From positions 310,001 through 374,000 of the forward strand of contig CAKKNE010000001.1 in NCBI GenBank assembly GCA_918797485.1: a stretch of DNA of 64,000 nt, given 5' to 3'. Positions 24,091-35,373 of the stretch are shown one piece after another; position 1 is the stretch's first letter, and each line of letters starts with the position of its first letter. Below the pieces are notes generated by a model. It worked only from the letters and a program-made list of their open reading frames with translations. It made no database searches and had not been told where the DNA came from. The position numbers and the translations under genes were made by a program. The stretch comes from Pelagomonas calceolata. Taxonomy: Eukaryota.

Positions 24091-25364
24091 TAAGGTGCCC
24101 GGTAGGCGTAGGCCGACACCTCGACGCTGCCGAGGGCGGTCCGGTGTCTGTACAAAAAGTCCTCGGGCCCCGCCGCCCGCCGCTCGGGTTCTACGCTAAA
24201 CCAGGACTTCTCGACGAGCGGCCGCGGCGCGCCGAGCGAGAACTCCGGGCGCGCGCCGAGGTCGACGACGCAGCCCCCGAGGAGCGAGTCGGCCATGTAC
24301 GTATTGCGCGAGTAGAACAGCAATTTGACCGTCGTCGCGCCGCGAGCCTCGAAGGTGAGCTCCTCGTTCCAGCAGGGCGACGTCGTCCGCCGCCGGCACG
24401 CCGTCTCGCGCGTCTGATCTCCATAAACCGCCCGCACGTAGGGGTGCGTCGCGCCGACGGCCTCAAACCCATAGCCGCCCCCAAACAGCCGCCGCGCGCG
24501 GTGCACCTTGACCACGAGTTTGTTCTTGCTCTCGTCCGGCGCGCGCGAGACTTCGACGTCGACTTGTTCGGAATCGATGGTCTCCTCGAAGCAGCTCGGC
24601 AGGAGGCAGCCCGCGGGCTCGTCGTCGACGACGACCACTCTGACCGGAGTTTCGCGCTGCTTCTTCGCCGAGAGCCGCTGCCGTCGCGGCCTGTGTGGAA
24701 ATCAAAATTTTACGGCACGTTCTGAATCGTCGCGTCGTCCTTCACGCCATCGACGCGACGCCTGATCGATGGCGTGGCGATGTCGGTTCCTCACCGCTCG
24801 ACGGAGCCAGCGCGGCCACGTCATTGCCGAGAATGACGTAGTGAGCACCTGACGCACTGGTTGATTTCCACACAGGCCGCGGCTTGCGCGTCTGCTCGAG
24901 CCGGTCGCGCGCCGCGGCGGCGGCTTGCACCTGGGGCCGCGCGGCCTCGGGCGCGACGAGGCCCGGCGGCGACGTCGGCGGCGTCGGCGTCGCAGGTGGC
25001 GCGAACGTCGCGTCCTCGAAGACGGCCGCCAGGAACGGCGTCGCCGCGGCCTCCTCGCGCTTCCGCCGCTCCAGCGCCCGCTCGGTCGCCTTGAGCTGCT
25101 CGCGCAGCAGCAGCGAGCTTCGGCGTCGTCGTCGTCGTCGTCCTCTTTTTCCGCTTCCGGCGGCGCGCCCTCTTCGTCCGGCGGCGGCCGCGGCGCGCGC
25201 GCGCAGCAGACGCGTTCCGCGGCCGGCCGCGCGGCGGCGCTGTCGAAGCCCAGCAGCGTGTTTGCGAGGGGCGACCCGCTGCGGGTGGGCTTCGCCTCCT
25301 CGGTGACGACGTGCGTCTCGACGGCGGGGCGGTTCGTCGCGGGGGCGAGGGGCGGGCGCTCCAT
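24090..25364 (-). CDS. C2 domain-containing protein (one introner; frameshifts in the GC-rich 5' part)
   Basis: LVVKVHRARRL...HPYVRA...PCWNEELTF...DSLLG C2 pattern; splice gives TRKPRRQRLSAKKQ. Confidence 0.65.
24691..24883 (-). mobile_element. Introner copy 4 (193-nt GC-AG intron; element 24691-24875)
   Basis: TSD gtcgcggc (24683-24690) / gccgcggc (24876-24883); perfect 13-bp TIRs; body aligns with copy 1. Confidence 0.9.
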
Positions 25365-25648
25365 TTCCTTGTCGTCGGGACCGCCCGGGGCAGTGTCTTT
25401 TTGTTGTTGGGCCTCGGTGGGGCTGCTACCACACACAGCTCGAAGGTGCGTCCTGCGGCTGCCGCGGTGATGGCGTATGGGGGCAGGCGGGTCGAACGTG
25501 CGCTTGCGTCCCAGGAGAGCCACGCCGGGCGCGAGATCCGCCTTTGACAAAACACGGCCCCTTGCGCGTTCGGGTTCGGGTTTTGTGCCCGGAGGTACAG
25601 AGATAGGTACAGGTTAAAAAGAGCACATTATAAACACAGCCTGAGGAC

Positions 25649-28057
25649 TCATTTCTTCATGACGTTCCGCTGGAGCCACTCCAGCGCGCCCGCCTGCCAC
25701 CCGACCGGCATGCCGAACACGGATCCGGGCGCGGCGTCCTCGATCCGCGTCGCGAGGCGCACGCCCTGGTCGATGGCGCGCTTGGCGTCCAACTCGCCGG
25801 CGTGCTCGGCACCGCCGATGGCATACACTGGAAATTTTGGATCATTCCGGAGCTCGCGGAACAAGTCGTCGACGGACGTCTGGCCCGCGCAGAGCACGAC
25901 GTCCGTCACGTCGAGGACGCGCTCCGCGCCGGCCACTTCGATGCGGAAACCGTCGGCCTCGACTCGTTTATACGTCACGCCGCGCAGGAAGTCGACGCCG
26001 CGCTGGCGCAGCGCCTTGCGGTGAATCCAGCCCGTCGTCTTGCCCAATCCGGCGCCGAGCGGCGTCGCCTTGCGCTGGAGCAAGTACACAGTCCGCGGCG
26101 GCGCCACATTCGATGGCTCAGCTAAACCCGAGCCGCGCGGCGCGGTGTCGACGCCTGTGTGGAGATCAAATTGTCGCGGTGCTTCGAATGAGCGTACCCA
26201 ACACATTGGTTGCTTTCTACACAGGTCGACGCCCCACTCGCCGTAGAAGTCGTCGCCCGAGCGGTGCGTGAGGAACTCGGACACGTCGAATCCAATCCCG
26301 CCCGCGCCGACGACGGCGACGCGCGGGCCGACTTTTGTCGCGCCCGAGAGCACGTCGGCGTACGAGTGGACGCGGACGTTCGCCGACGACGCGAGGCCCT
26401 CGACGACCCGCGGCCGCACGCCCGTCGACACCACTACCCTATCAAAGTCTTTCACGGTCGACGCATCCACATACGTATTCAACCGCACATCCACAGAATG
26501 CACGTCGAGCATCGTGCGAAAGTAGCGCAGCGTCTCCCAGAACTCCTCTTTGCCCGGCACCGCCGCGGCCAGCAGGAACTGGCCGCCCACCCGTTCCGAT
26601 TGCTCGAACAGCGTCACGCGGTGGCCCCGTTCACCGAGAGCGCACGCCGCGCTCAAGCCCGCCGGCCCGGCGCCGACGACGGCAACCTTCAGAGGCGTCG
26701 CCGTCCTCGTCAACTCGAGCGACGTCTCGTGGCCGGCGCGCGGGTTGACCTGTGTGGATATCGAATTTCGGGCGCCCCACGCCATCGACGCGACGTCATC
26801 CTCGTAATTGCGTCTGCTCGACGGCGTTCACTGTTTGATTTCCACGCAGGGCTTCACCAGGCACGACACGGGCATCATCTTGAAGGTATGATCTAAACAA
26901 GCCTGGTTGCAGGCAATGCACGTATTGATCTCATCCTCCCTTCCATGAAAGGCCTTCTCGATAATGCTAGAGTCGGCGAGGAAGGGCCGCGCCATGGAAA
27001 CGACGTCCGCACCTTGCTCCAGCACGTCTTCGCACGTTTCGGCGCTGTTGATGCGGTTCGTGGCGCACATGAGCGGTGCTTGCCCGTACTTTGATAACAA
27101 AGCTTCTCGCACATTAGTAGTCGCAAACGCGAACGCACCTCTAGGAACACAAGTGGCGATCGTCGGCACCCTAGCTTCGTGCCAGCCGATGCCCGTGTTG
27201 AGGATGTCCACACCACAAGCATCCAACAAATGAGCTAGCTCGACGACCTCGCCGAAGGCCATGCCGTTTTCAACTAATTCCAGCATGGACAGCCGGAAGA
27301 CCACCGCAAAGTCCGGGCCCGCGGCTTTTCTTACGGCTTGTACCACGTCTAGAGCTAAACGACTCCGGTTCTCGAAGGACCCGCCATACGCATCTCCCCG
27401 TTGATTCGTGCGCTCGGCCAGGAACTCGTTTATCAGATAACCCTCCGAGCCCATGATCTCCACACCGTCGTAGCCGCAGCTCCTCGCTAGCGCTGCCGTG
27501 CGCGCAAAGTCGTCTATAGTAGATTGTACGTCTTTTTCTGACAAAGCCCGCGGCGTGACCACGTTAATTGGTGCCTTCTTCTTGGACGGAGCGACGGCGA
27601 AGGGGTGGTAGGCGTACCGTCCCGCGTGTAGTATTTGCAAGGCGATCTTACCGTTGTTCTCGTGGACCGCATCAGTAACGACTTTGTGCTCCTCGGCCTC
27701 GGCTACAGTCGACATCTTGCCCGCGAGCGGCAGCACCCAGCCTTCCCTATTGGGAGCCACGCCTCCGGTAACAATGAGTCCAGCACCGCCTTTCGCGCGT
27801 TCCGCGTAGAACGCGGCCATTTCTTTGAGGCCTCTGTGCTCTTCCAAGCCGGTGTGCATCGAGCCCATCAAAGACCGGTTCCTGATTTCAAGGCCGCACG
27901 GCAAGGTGAGGGGACTGAACAAGCGCGGGTACGTGGCGTGCGGCTGCTCCGCGGTCGAGGAGCAGAAGGGCGCGTCGTCGTCGTCGCTGCGCGGCAGGGC
28001 GGAGAGCGGCCTCGCCGTTGCGCGCCGGCCGCCGACGGCGGCGAGGCGGCGGAGCAT
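25649..28057 (-). CDS. fadH: 2,4-dienoyl-CoA reductase, FadH-type (OYE barrel + 4Fe-4S + FAD); exons 28057-26858, 26749-26233 and 26154-25649
   Basis: MGSMHTGLE, EIMGSEGYLINEF, CIACNQACLDH, SCLVNPRAG after splicing, GAGPAG, LGKTTGWIHR, ELDAKRAI; Arg-rich transit peptide. Confidence 0.93.
26155..26232 (-). mobile_element. Introner copy 5 (78-nt GC-AG intron; element 26155-26224)
   Basis: Perfect TSD gtcgacgc at 26147-26154 and 26225-26232; TIRs with a few mismatches. Confidence 0.88.
26750..26857 (-). mobile_element. Introner copy 6 (108-nt GT-AG intron; element 26750-26849)
   Basis: TSD gggttgac/ggcttcac (6/8); removal restores the conserved CLVNPRAG. Confidence 0.9.
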
Positions 28058-28242
28058 TGTCGACTATCGACAAATTCTGGGGCTAAAAGTGAGGCCTCCG
28101 CGTTTTTGGCGTGCAGTTTCGCTGTCCCGGGCACTCGGATGCAGCGATGCTTCTACAAAGCGCGCGTCAGCACGCTGAACAAACGGCTGTGGCGAGCAGC
28201 AATCTGACCAAGGTCTTACCAAAAAAATAATTGCAAGACGAG

Positions 28243-28262
28243 CTAGCGGTGTAAGCCACTAG
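28243..28262 (+). promoter_or_regulatory. CTAG-bounded intergenic motif
   Basis: ctagcggtgtaagccactag, between divergent fadH and homoserine dehydrogenase. Confidence 0.6.
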
Positions 28263-28416
28263 CAAAGGAGACAACAGAGCCTTCGTACCGCACAAATCGG
28301 TTGCCGACGCCTCCTCGAGCGGCTGGAACGATGCGCGTCCCCGATTGCATCGCCGCCACTCACACTGCAGGCTGGGCAAGGTGACGCGCCGGAGAAGTGC
28401 TTCACAGGCAAGCTAC

Positions 28417-29565
28417 ATGCACAGGTTATTGTGCGCATTGCTCCTGACCACTGCTGCAGCGGTTGACACGGACAAGACCTGTGCATCAGACGATTGCATG
28501 GCTGCAAAACAAGTGCCAGTCGCACTCCTCGGCGTCGGCGGCGTCGGCCGCGCGTTAGTGGAGGCGCTGGTCGGCGCGCGGACGCACCATAAAGATGTGT
28601 ACGGTCTGCGCTTCGACGTGAAAGTGCTAGCGGACTCGTCGGGCTACCTCGCTGGCGACCTCGACGACGCGCAGCTGCAAAGCGCCGCGGCCGCGAAAGC
28701 CGATGGAAAGAAGTTGCCAGGGGCCACCAAAGGCGACGTTGATAAAGCCGTCGCGTCGTTGGGTGAAGGTGCTTTGGTCGTGGACGTCACGGCCTCAGGA
28801 TCAACGACACCTCTACTCATCGAAGCCTTGAAACGGGGCCAGAAGGTCGTGAGCGCTAATAAAAAGCCGTTTTCTTCGGACCAAGCTGCTTACGATGCAT
28901 TAGTTGGCCATCCGATCCGGCACAACAACGTGCGACACGAAAGTACGGTGGGCGCCGGTCTACCCGCAATCGCCGCTCTCAATCGACTGTCCATGGCCGA
29001 CGACAAGGTCAGAAAGATCGCCGGAACGTTCTCGGGAACGCTGGGCTTCGTCATGAGCGGGCTCGAGGCCGGGCGGCCCTTCTCCGAAGTTGTGCTGGAG
29101 GCGAAGGCCAAAGGCTACACGGAGCCGGATCCTAGAGATGATCTAGGTGGTGTAGATGTGGCGCGGAAAGCATTAATCTTGGCGCGGGGGCTGGGCTGGC
29201 GGCTCGAGTTGAGTGACGTGAACGTCGAGCCATTGTACCCTCCAGAGATGGCCTCATTAACGGTCGACGACTTCATGGCGAAGCTGCCGTCGCTTGATGA
29301 AGATTTCGCGAAACGAGCGAAGGAGGCCAAAGCGCGGGGCGAGGCGTTGCGCTACGCGGCGACGGTCGAAGACGGGCGACTGACCGTCGGTCTGGTGTCG
29401 GTGTCAACAAGTTCACCGCTAGGATCACTATCGGGCACGGACAACCTCGTGGAGTACTACACGACGTGGTACGACCCGTCTCCGCTGGTCGTGCGCGGCG
29501 CGGGCGCGGGCGCGGGCGCGACGGCTGCAGGGGCATTGGCGGACATGGTCGAGCTGTCCGTTTAA
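28417..29565 (+). CDS. Homoserine dehydrogenase (monofunctional) with N-terminal signal peptide
   Basis: [61 protein letters not shown]. Confidence 0.92.
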   Translation: MHRLLCALLLTTAAAVDTDKTCASDDCMAAKQVPVALLGVGGVGRALVEALVGARTHHKDVYGLRFDVKVLADSSGYLAGDLDDAQLQSAAAAKADGKKLPGATKGDVDKAVASLGEGALVVDVTASGSTTPLLIEALKRGQKVVSANKKPFSSDQAAYDALVGHPIRHNNVRHESTVGAGLPAIAALNRLSMADDKVRKIAGTFSGTLGFVMSGLEAGRPFSEVVLEAKAKGYTEPDPRDDLGGVDVARKALILARGLGWRLELSDVNVEPLYPPEMASLTVDDFMAKLPSLDEDFAKRAKEAKARGEALRYAATVEDGRLTVGLVSVSTSSPLGSLSGTDNLVEYYTTWYDPSPLVVRGAGAGAGATAAGALADMVELSV

Positions 29566-29572
29566 CTTAGGT

Positions 29573-31840
29573 TTAATAGGAAGGAAACCCTGCCCTCCTC
29601 CGGTCCGCCTCGGAGCGCTCGTCGCGCCGCCGCACGGGGTACCGCAAGTCGATGACCTCGGCCGTCGCGTCGCCCTCAGCTAGCAAGCGCGCCGTCGCCG
29701 ACGCCGGCCGGCCCGTCATCCGCCCCGAAAAGGCGCCCTCGCCCCGTCTCTTCGAATTGCGCAGCGGGCCCGCCGACGCCGGCCGGACGCGTCCTACGGA
29801 AGGCTTCGCGCGCGCGCCCATGGGTGGCCTGCTTTTATATGTTTTCGGACGCTCTTCAAACTGCACCGATTCTCTTTTTGTCGGAGAGCCCGGTCTTTGA
29901 CAAGAAATACAGACCTCGACGCCGTCTTTTAGCACGTAGGCGCTCTTGCGCACGCCCAGCGCGCCGGAACAGATGGCCTTCCGTCGTCGCGTCAGCGCCG
30001 GGTCGCCCGCGAGCGCAGCGGCGATTTCCCTCAACTCCTCCCTTAATTTCAGAACGGCCGTCCCGTCGGCCTTCGTGTGGATGCGGTCCCAGACATCACC
30101 TAAGTCCGTGGGCGCGGCCGCCGGCGCCTCGGCGAACTTCAGAGTCGTATCACTTGTTGTAGGAGGAACGTTGGCCAGTCGAGCGACGGCCTCGGCTGCT
30201 CTTCTAGCAGAAGCCGCCGCTGCCTCTAATTTAGAATCGCGCTCTTGATCCGCGGCGCTGCGCTGGGCGTAGCGCTTGTCGTTGATTGAGGTCATACGAT
30301 TCAAGTCTTCGTTCACCTTCACTAAACCGTTCTCTAATTTCTCTTGCGCCCGCGTGAAGACCTCGACCTCCACATGAAAGTCATCTAACAGCTTCTGCTG
30401 GCGGCAGGCGAACTCCGCGAAGCGCCGGTCAATATCTTTGTCAAACTCCGCGAGCGCCCCGCGCCCGTTGCCGTAGGCCAGGGCCGCGGGCGGGGCCGCG
30501 ACCTCCACCGTCTCTGTCTTCGTGGTGGGCTTGCCGTCGACCAGTGCGGCCATGAGCGCGCTCTGGGCCGCTCTACGCTCCACGAGGGCGTCGTCTTCGT
30601 CACTTGGTCCAGTACCGCCCAAGCCGACGACGCCTTTCCGTAGTATATCAGCACTTAACTTCGCGTCGTCCTTCACGACATTCTCGAGCGCCGCGAGGCG
30701 CTTCGCCAGCGCGTCCTGTTCGATGACACCGTCCCTCAATCTATGATAGACGGCCTTGTCGTGCAGGGGGATGGGGCGGTCCGGCGGCTTCATGGCTCGA
30801 ATCGTGCAGAACATCTTGGCTTGCGTCCGGGCGTACTTGGCGCGCGCGCCAGCGCGCTGGGCGCGGCCAGCGGCTTCTTGGGCTTCGGCGGCCTCGCGTT
30901 CCGCCCGCTCGCGCGCCGCGGCCTCCTTCTCTGCCCGCGCGCGTGCCGCTTGATCCGCTGCTTCTTGCTCCGCCCGCGCACGCGCCGCCGCATCTTCGTC
31001 CGCGGCCTCTTGCTCCGCCAGCTCGCGGTCCGCTTGGTCCGCCGCCTCCTTCTCGGCTCGCTCCTGCTCCGCCGCCTCTTGGTCCGCGGCCTCTTTGTCA
31101 GCTCGCTCCTGCTCCGCAGCATCCCTTGCTGCAGCCTCTTGCTCCGCCCGCTCCCGTTCCGCCGCCTCGCGCGCCTCCCGTTCGGCCCGTATCTCGGCCT
31201 CGAGGCGCGCGGCCTCGGCCTCGCGTTCCGCCCGTTCCCGCTCAACCCGCTCCCGGTCCGCCTCGGCCTCGGCGCGCAGCTGCTCCGCAATTTCATCTCG
31301 CATGCTCTCGAGCTGCGCCTGGGCCTCGCCCGAGAGCCGTTCGACGCCCGTAATCATGGCCTCGAGCTCCCGGACGGTCTCGCTCAAAATACGCACGTCC
31401 TCCCTCGAAGCGAATTTTTGTTCGTTCGCCGCGCGCTCGTCCTCGAGCCCCGCGACCGATGCAGACGCCGCCGTGCCGTCCCGCGCCGTCTTGAGGAGCC
31501 GCGCGGCCACGAGCATGCCCCGTACTTCTTTGACGTCGGCCTGGAAGCCGCCGAAGACGGCGCCACGAGCCGCGAGGTCGGCTCGTATCGAATCCATCTC
31601 TTGTCTCATCGCCGCGAGCTCGGCTTCTCTCTCGGCCAGCGCCTCGCGCATGGAAGTCATGGCTACCGCGTCCGCTTCCTTTTGTTTTTGGAGATCCTGC
31701 AGTGCTTTGTCTTGCGCCTCGGCTTTGGCGGTGGCGGCGGCGCCGCCCTGCTCGGACCGCGATTCTAAAGCAGACACTCTGGCCAAGAGGGCCTCGAACC
31801 ACGCGGTCAGGTCCGGAACCAGCGGCGGCAGCTCCTCCAT
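29573..31840 (-). CDS. Large coiled-coil protein with EQEAA-type repeats
   Basis: Long ORF, E/A/R-rich repeats. Confidence 0.65.
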   Translation of the reverse strand: MEELPPLVPDLTAWFEALLARVSALESRSEQGGAAATAKAEAQDKALQDLQKQKEADAVAMTSMREALAEREAELAAMRQEMDSIRADLAARGAVFGGFQADVKEVRGMLVAARLLKTARDGTAASASVAGLEDERAANEQKFASREDVRILSETVRELEAMITGVERLSGEAQAQLESMRDEIAEQLRAEAEADRERVERERAEREAEAARLEAEIRAEREAREAAERERAEQEAAARDAAEQERADKEAADQEAAEQERAEKEAADQADRELAEQEAADEDAAARARAEQEAADQAARARAEKEAAARERAEREAAEAQEAAGRAQRAGARAKYARTQAKMFCTIRAMKPPDRPIPLHDKAVYHRLRDGVIEQDALAKRLAALENVVKDDAKLSADILRKGVVGLGGTGPSDEDDALVERRAAQSALMAALVDGKPTTKTETVEVAAPPAALAYGNGRGALAEFDKDIDRRFAEFACRQQKLLDDFHVEVEVFTRAQEKLENGLVKVNEDLNRMTSINDKRYAQRSAADQERDSKLEAAAASARRAAEAVARLANVPPTTSDTTLKFAEAPAAAPTDLGDVWDRIHTKADGTAVLKLREELREIAAALAGDPALTRRRKAICSGALGVRKSAYVLKDGVEVCISCQRPGSPTKRESVQFEERPKTYKSRPPMGARAKPSVGRVRPASAGPLRNSKRRGEGAFSGRMTGRPASATARLLAEGDATAEVIDLRYPVRRRDERSEADRRRAGFPSY

Positions 31841-32081
31841 GTTTTTGCTGAGGCTGCCGATGCTCTGGGAGCTGGTGTCCCTGCTCAGGGCTGAGGCTTG
31901 AGTGCTCTCTGGGAGCTGGTGTCCCCGAGGCTTGAGGCTGCCCCGAGGCTGCCCCGAAGCTGGGGGGCGGCGCTTCCGGTGCTCCTGGCTGCCTGTCAAT
32001 GTCCTGGTGCGGCGCTCCCGGTGCTCCCGCACACGCGCTGCGAGACGCTCTCCCAACGCGAACCCGCACGCTATGGAATAC

Positions 32082-32627
32082 TTACGCGGACTCTTCTAGA
32101 TCCTCAATAGGACTCGCCTCGACCCATTTGTCGGACCCGTCGTCCCGGGTCAGGGACATCGTCAGCTTGTGGAGACGCAGCATGCGGCGCGCGAAATCGT
32201 CGCCCCCAGGAATTGCCTCCCCCGCCTCGGCCTTTGCGTCGAAGAATTCCAGGTAGCTCGCCGTCACTTCGTAGAACGTCTTGGACCACCCGGGGTTGTT
32301 AACCTTGGTGCGGTGACGGACGAAGTCGGCTTCCTGCGTGCGAATCTCACACATCACCGCCTTGCAATCCGCTTCGCCTCGCTGGCCGAGAGGCAGCATT
32401 CGCGCGAAGGTGGCTCCAACAAGGAACCAAATCAGCTCGGCACACGCGGTCGCCGCCTCATGGTCCAAGTCGTACCTCGAGGACATGTGGGTTAAGCCGT
32501 GCCGGGCACCTCTATCTTCTGCACCCCACCTATTCAAGAGCAAATCAAGCGTTGCGTAGGTATTGTCCAGAGCAGTGTGTCTGCTGTCTTCTCTGGGGGG
32601 CAAGCCAGGCTCTGTAGTACGAACGTC
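32082..32627 (-). CDS. Orphan coding-like segment (5' structure unresolved)
   Basis: Globular-looking translation with GC3 bias, ending at TAA 32082. Confidence 0.4.
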   Translation of the reverse strand, partial: DVRTTEPGLPPREDSRHTALDNTYATLDLLLNRWGAEDRGARHGLTHMSSRYDLDHEAATACAELIWFLVGATFARMLPLGQRGEADCKAVMCEIRTQEADFVRHRTKVNNPGWSKTFYEVTASYLEFFDAKAEAGEAIPGGDDFARRMLRLHKLTMSLTRDDGSDKWVEASPIEDLEESA

Positions 32628-32635
32628 GCTTGGTC

Positions 32636-32806
32636 CCGTGCGGAAATCAAATCTTCTCGCATGCGGTTGCTTCATGGACTCCACGCCATCGACGCGACGT
32701 CTGCTCGACGGCGTGGCGGTGTGGGTCTTACGCCCCTCGATTCAGCCATCGTTGTCGCCTAGAAGTGAGCCCGACTCACTCGACTCACCGCTTGATCTCC
32801 ACACAG
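32636..32806. mobile_element. Introner-family copy 7 with mutated left TIR; host strand uncertain
   Basis: ccgtgcggaaatcaa...gatctccacacag; TSD gcttggtc/gcggggtc (6/8); core motif present. Confidence 0.8.
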
Positions 32807-33230
32807 GCGGGGTCGGTCATCGCCTCGGGGCTGGTCGTGACGGCGGTCGACGCGGCGGCCGCGGCGATGAACGTCGACTCGCACTGGGGTTTCGTGCTGG
32901 TCGCCGCGGCAGTCGCCTCGGGCTTGACGGCCCTCATCGTCTTTGCTCTCGAGCGGCTTGTGCCGTCCTGCGCCGCGCCGCGCCTGCCGGTGGCCGAGCC
33001 GGTGTACTCGGCGGACGCGGTCTACGACCAGGTACGCGAGTCGACCGTACTCGCTGTGGACCACGCGAAGCACGCGGTGGGCATGGCCTGAGGGATTTTC
33101 GGCGCGATCTGTCTTAGCGGGCGGTGGGAAGCGCCTCGTTCTCTGACTGTAAGCGCGGATGGGTGCAATTTTGCGCCAAAATCCGCTAGTTCCCGGGACC
33201 AGACGAGGTGTGGACATCGCAACGACAACG

Positions 33231-35256
33231 ATGGAGAGCCCCGACCTCACACAGACGCAGGCCGACGCCTGCGCCGCGCACAAGTGCAGCAACGGCGAAG
33301 AGAACAATGTGCCGCCACCATCCGTCCAGCGCGCGGGCAATGGACAGCCCAGACAGCCCCTCGCGGCCCTCGGCGCCGCGCGCGACGCGCCGGAGCGCGA
33401 GCCGCAGCGCGAGTTCATTCCGCTGTCGGACGGCGAGCGCGCGGAGCTTCTCGCGTATCTCGCGGAGGAGGCGGCGGCGCAGCCGCCCGCCCCAAAAGTA
33501 GCTCAAGACCCCTCGGCTCGTAAGAGACGAGCGGACGCCTCGCGGCGGCCAGAGGTCATGAAGCGGTGGACGTCGACGCCCACGCCGCTGCGGCGCTGGA
33601 CGACGCGTACGCACCGCGGGATCGGGTTTGTATGGCGGGTACTGGAGCGACCTACCCGAAGCACGAGTGGGACTGGGTGTACCTCAAGCACGAGGACCAG
33701 CGCAAGCGCACCATCGAGATCCTGGAGGGCCTCGGCTACCTCAACGTCGCCGACGACGTCGTCAACAAGGTCAGCCGGTTGTACTTCGACAACCGCGAAA
33801 CGTTAAGTCCTCTCGAGTGTTGCAACGACATGAGGGAGGCGGCGCTCACCAAAGCATCGTGGAACCGCCTCATCAACAAGATCCTCAACTACATGATGAC
33901 CTACGACCCCAACCGGGCGGGCCCCGAGCCGGCGCACGGGCCGATCCTGCGGCAGATGTGGGCGGAGCTCCAGAAGGTCGGCATCACGGTCAATGGTGAT
34001 GTGGAGGGCAAGTTGGCGGGCCTGGGCGTCAAGGGCGCCTACAGCTCCTGCCACATGAGCGGTGACACGGCCGAGCTGTCGAAGGCGTCGTCGCTCTTCC
34101 ACAAGCTGTGGATCGTAGCGGCGACGAGGGACAAATTGGACCCGATCATCAAGCAGACCATCGACTGCTCGTTCGGCAACGCCACGGCGAACTCGGGCGA
34201 GATCGAATCGCTGCGCACGGACAAGCACGGGAGCTTCCACGGCGCCGCGAACGACGTCGCGCCCCTCTGCAAGCGCTACGTCAACCCGCAGCACGCGCGC
34301 GCCGCGAACGAGATGTTCCTCGGCCGCGGGGCGGTGCCGCGCGGCACGAAGCTGTTAATAGGCAACTTCGGCAAGGACGTGATCGCCCACGCGATTGAAC
34401 GCGGCTGCTTCGGGAAGTATGCACGTTGTCCGAGTCGTAGACACTTCAACTTGCGGCGCGACGGCGTCGGCCTCCGCGCCATCGACGCGGCGTGGTCCTC
34501 CAGAACTCACGTCGAGAGAACGCCCCTTCGCGACGACCTCACGGTTGGTCCGCGCAGTTCCGATGCATCGACGTCGGCGGCCTCGACTTTCGGAGGCTGC
34601 CGCTCTCGGAGATCTGCTACACTGGGGACAAGGGACGCGGCCGGCTCCGAGACGACTTCGACGAAGTCGATAGATTGTTAGAAGAGAAGTATCCTGGGGT
34701 CCACAAGGTGCACGACTTTTTGAGACAGAACGGGCTGCGGGACGCGCTGCGCGGGAACAAGCCTACGAGGACGCGCGGGGCGAGGCAGATCGTCACCCCG
34801 ACGTGTACGTTGTTCCAGGGCCTCGCCACCGGACACACGCTTGTGATCAAGTCCTTCAGAGCCCTGACCGTCTCCGCCGGAATGGTCTACGGGAATCCGG
34901 AGTCGCTGGATTTGTTGCAGGGCTGGGACGACGACTGGGCGGAGAAGGCGGCTTTAGAAACGTCCATCGATTGTAAGATATCGGACCTCGAGATGGCGAC
35001 CGTCGACGCGTCCGACTTAGCGAAGGTGGGGGGCGCGCGGCCGTGGGAGTCCATCACGGTGCCCAAGCGCCGCATCACCGAGAACCAGCACGGCGAGCCG
35101 GTCCTCAAGAAGCTGCGCGACGAGGGCAAGAAGCCGGCGACGTGCTTCGCCTGCGGCAACAAGTTCCTGTATGGGGGCGGCCTGACGGCGGGCTTCCGGT
35201 GCGCGCGCGGCACGAAGCCGGGCTGCGGGAGCCGCGGCCAGACGAAGCTTGACTGA
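33231..35256 (+). CDS. Orphan protein with C-terminal Cys cluster; probable intron 34421-34557
   Basis: Strong GC3 bias across ORFs 33566.. and ..35256; a phase-0 GC-AG splice joins them; CFAC...C...C at the C-terminus. Confidence 0.55.
34421..34557 (+). mobile_element. Highly degenerate introner-like intron
   Basis: Core gccatcgacgcg and end ggttggtccgcgcag; donor ambiguous. Confidence 0.45.
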
Positions 35257-35373
35257 TATACGAGTAAGTGCTCTCTCTCTCAAATGCGCCGTGATGGGTA
35301 TTTCGACCGCCTCGCCGGCCGGGTCACCTACATGACGCCGGAACCCCTGGGGTAGTAGACTAGACAAATAGGT

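Noticed and set aside
33231..35256. Autonomous transposase for the introners
   Set aside because: No recognisable DDE/D, BED or hAT dimerisation motifs, and it is not enclosed by family TIRs.
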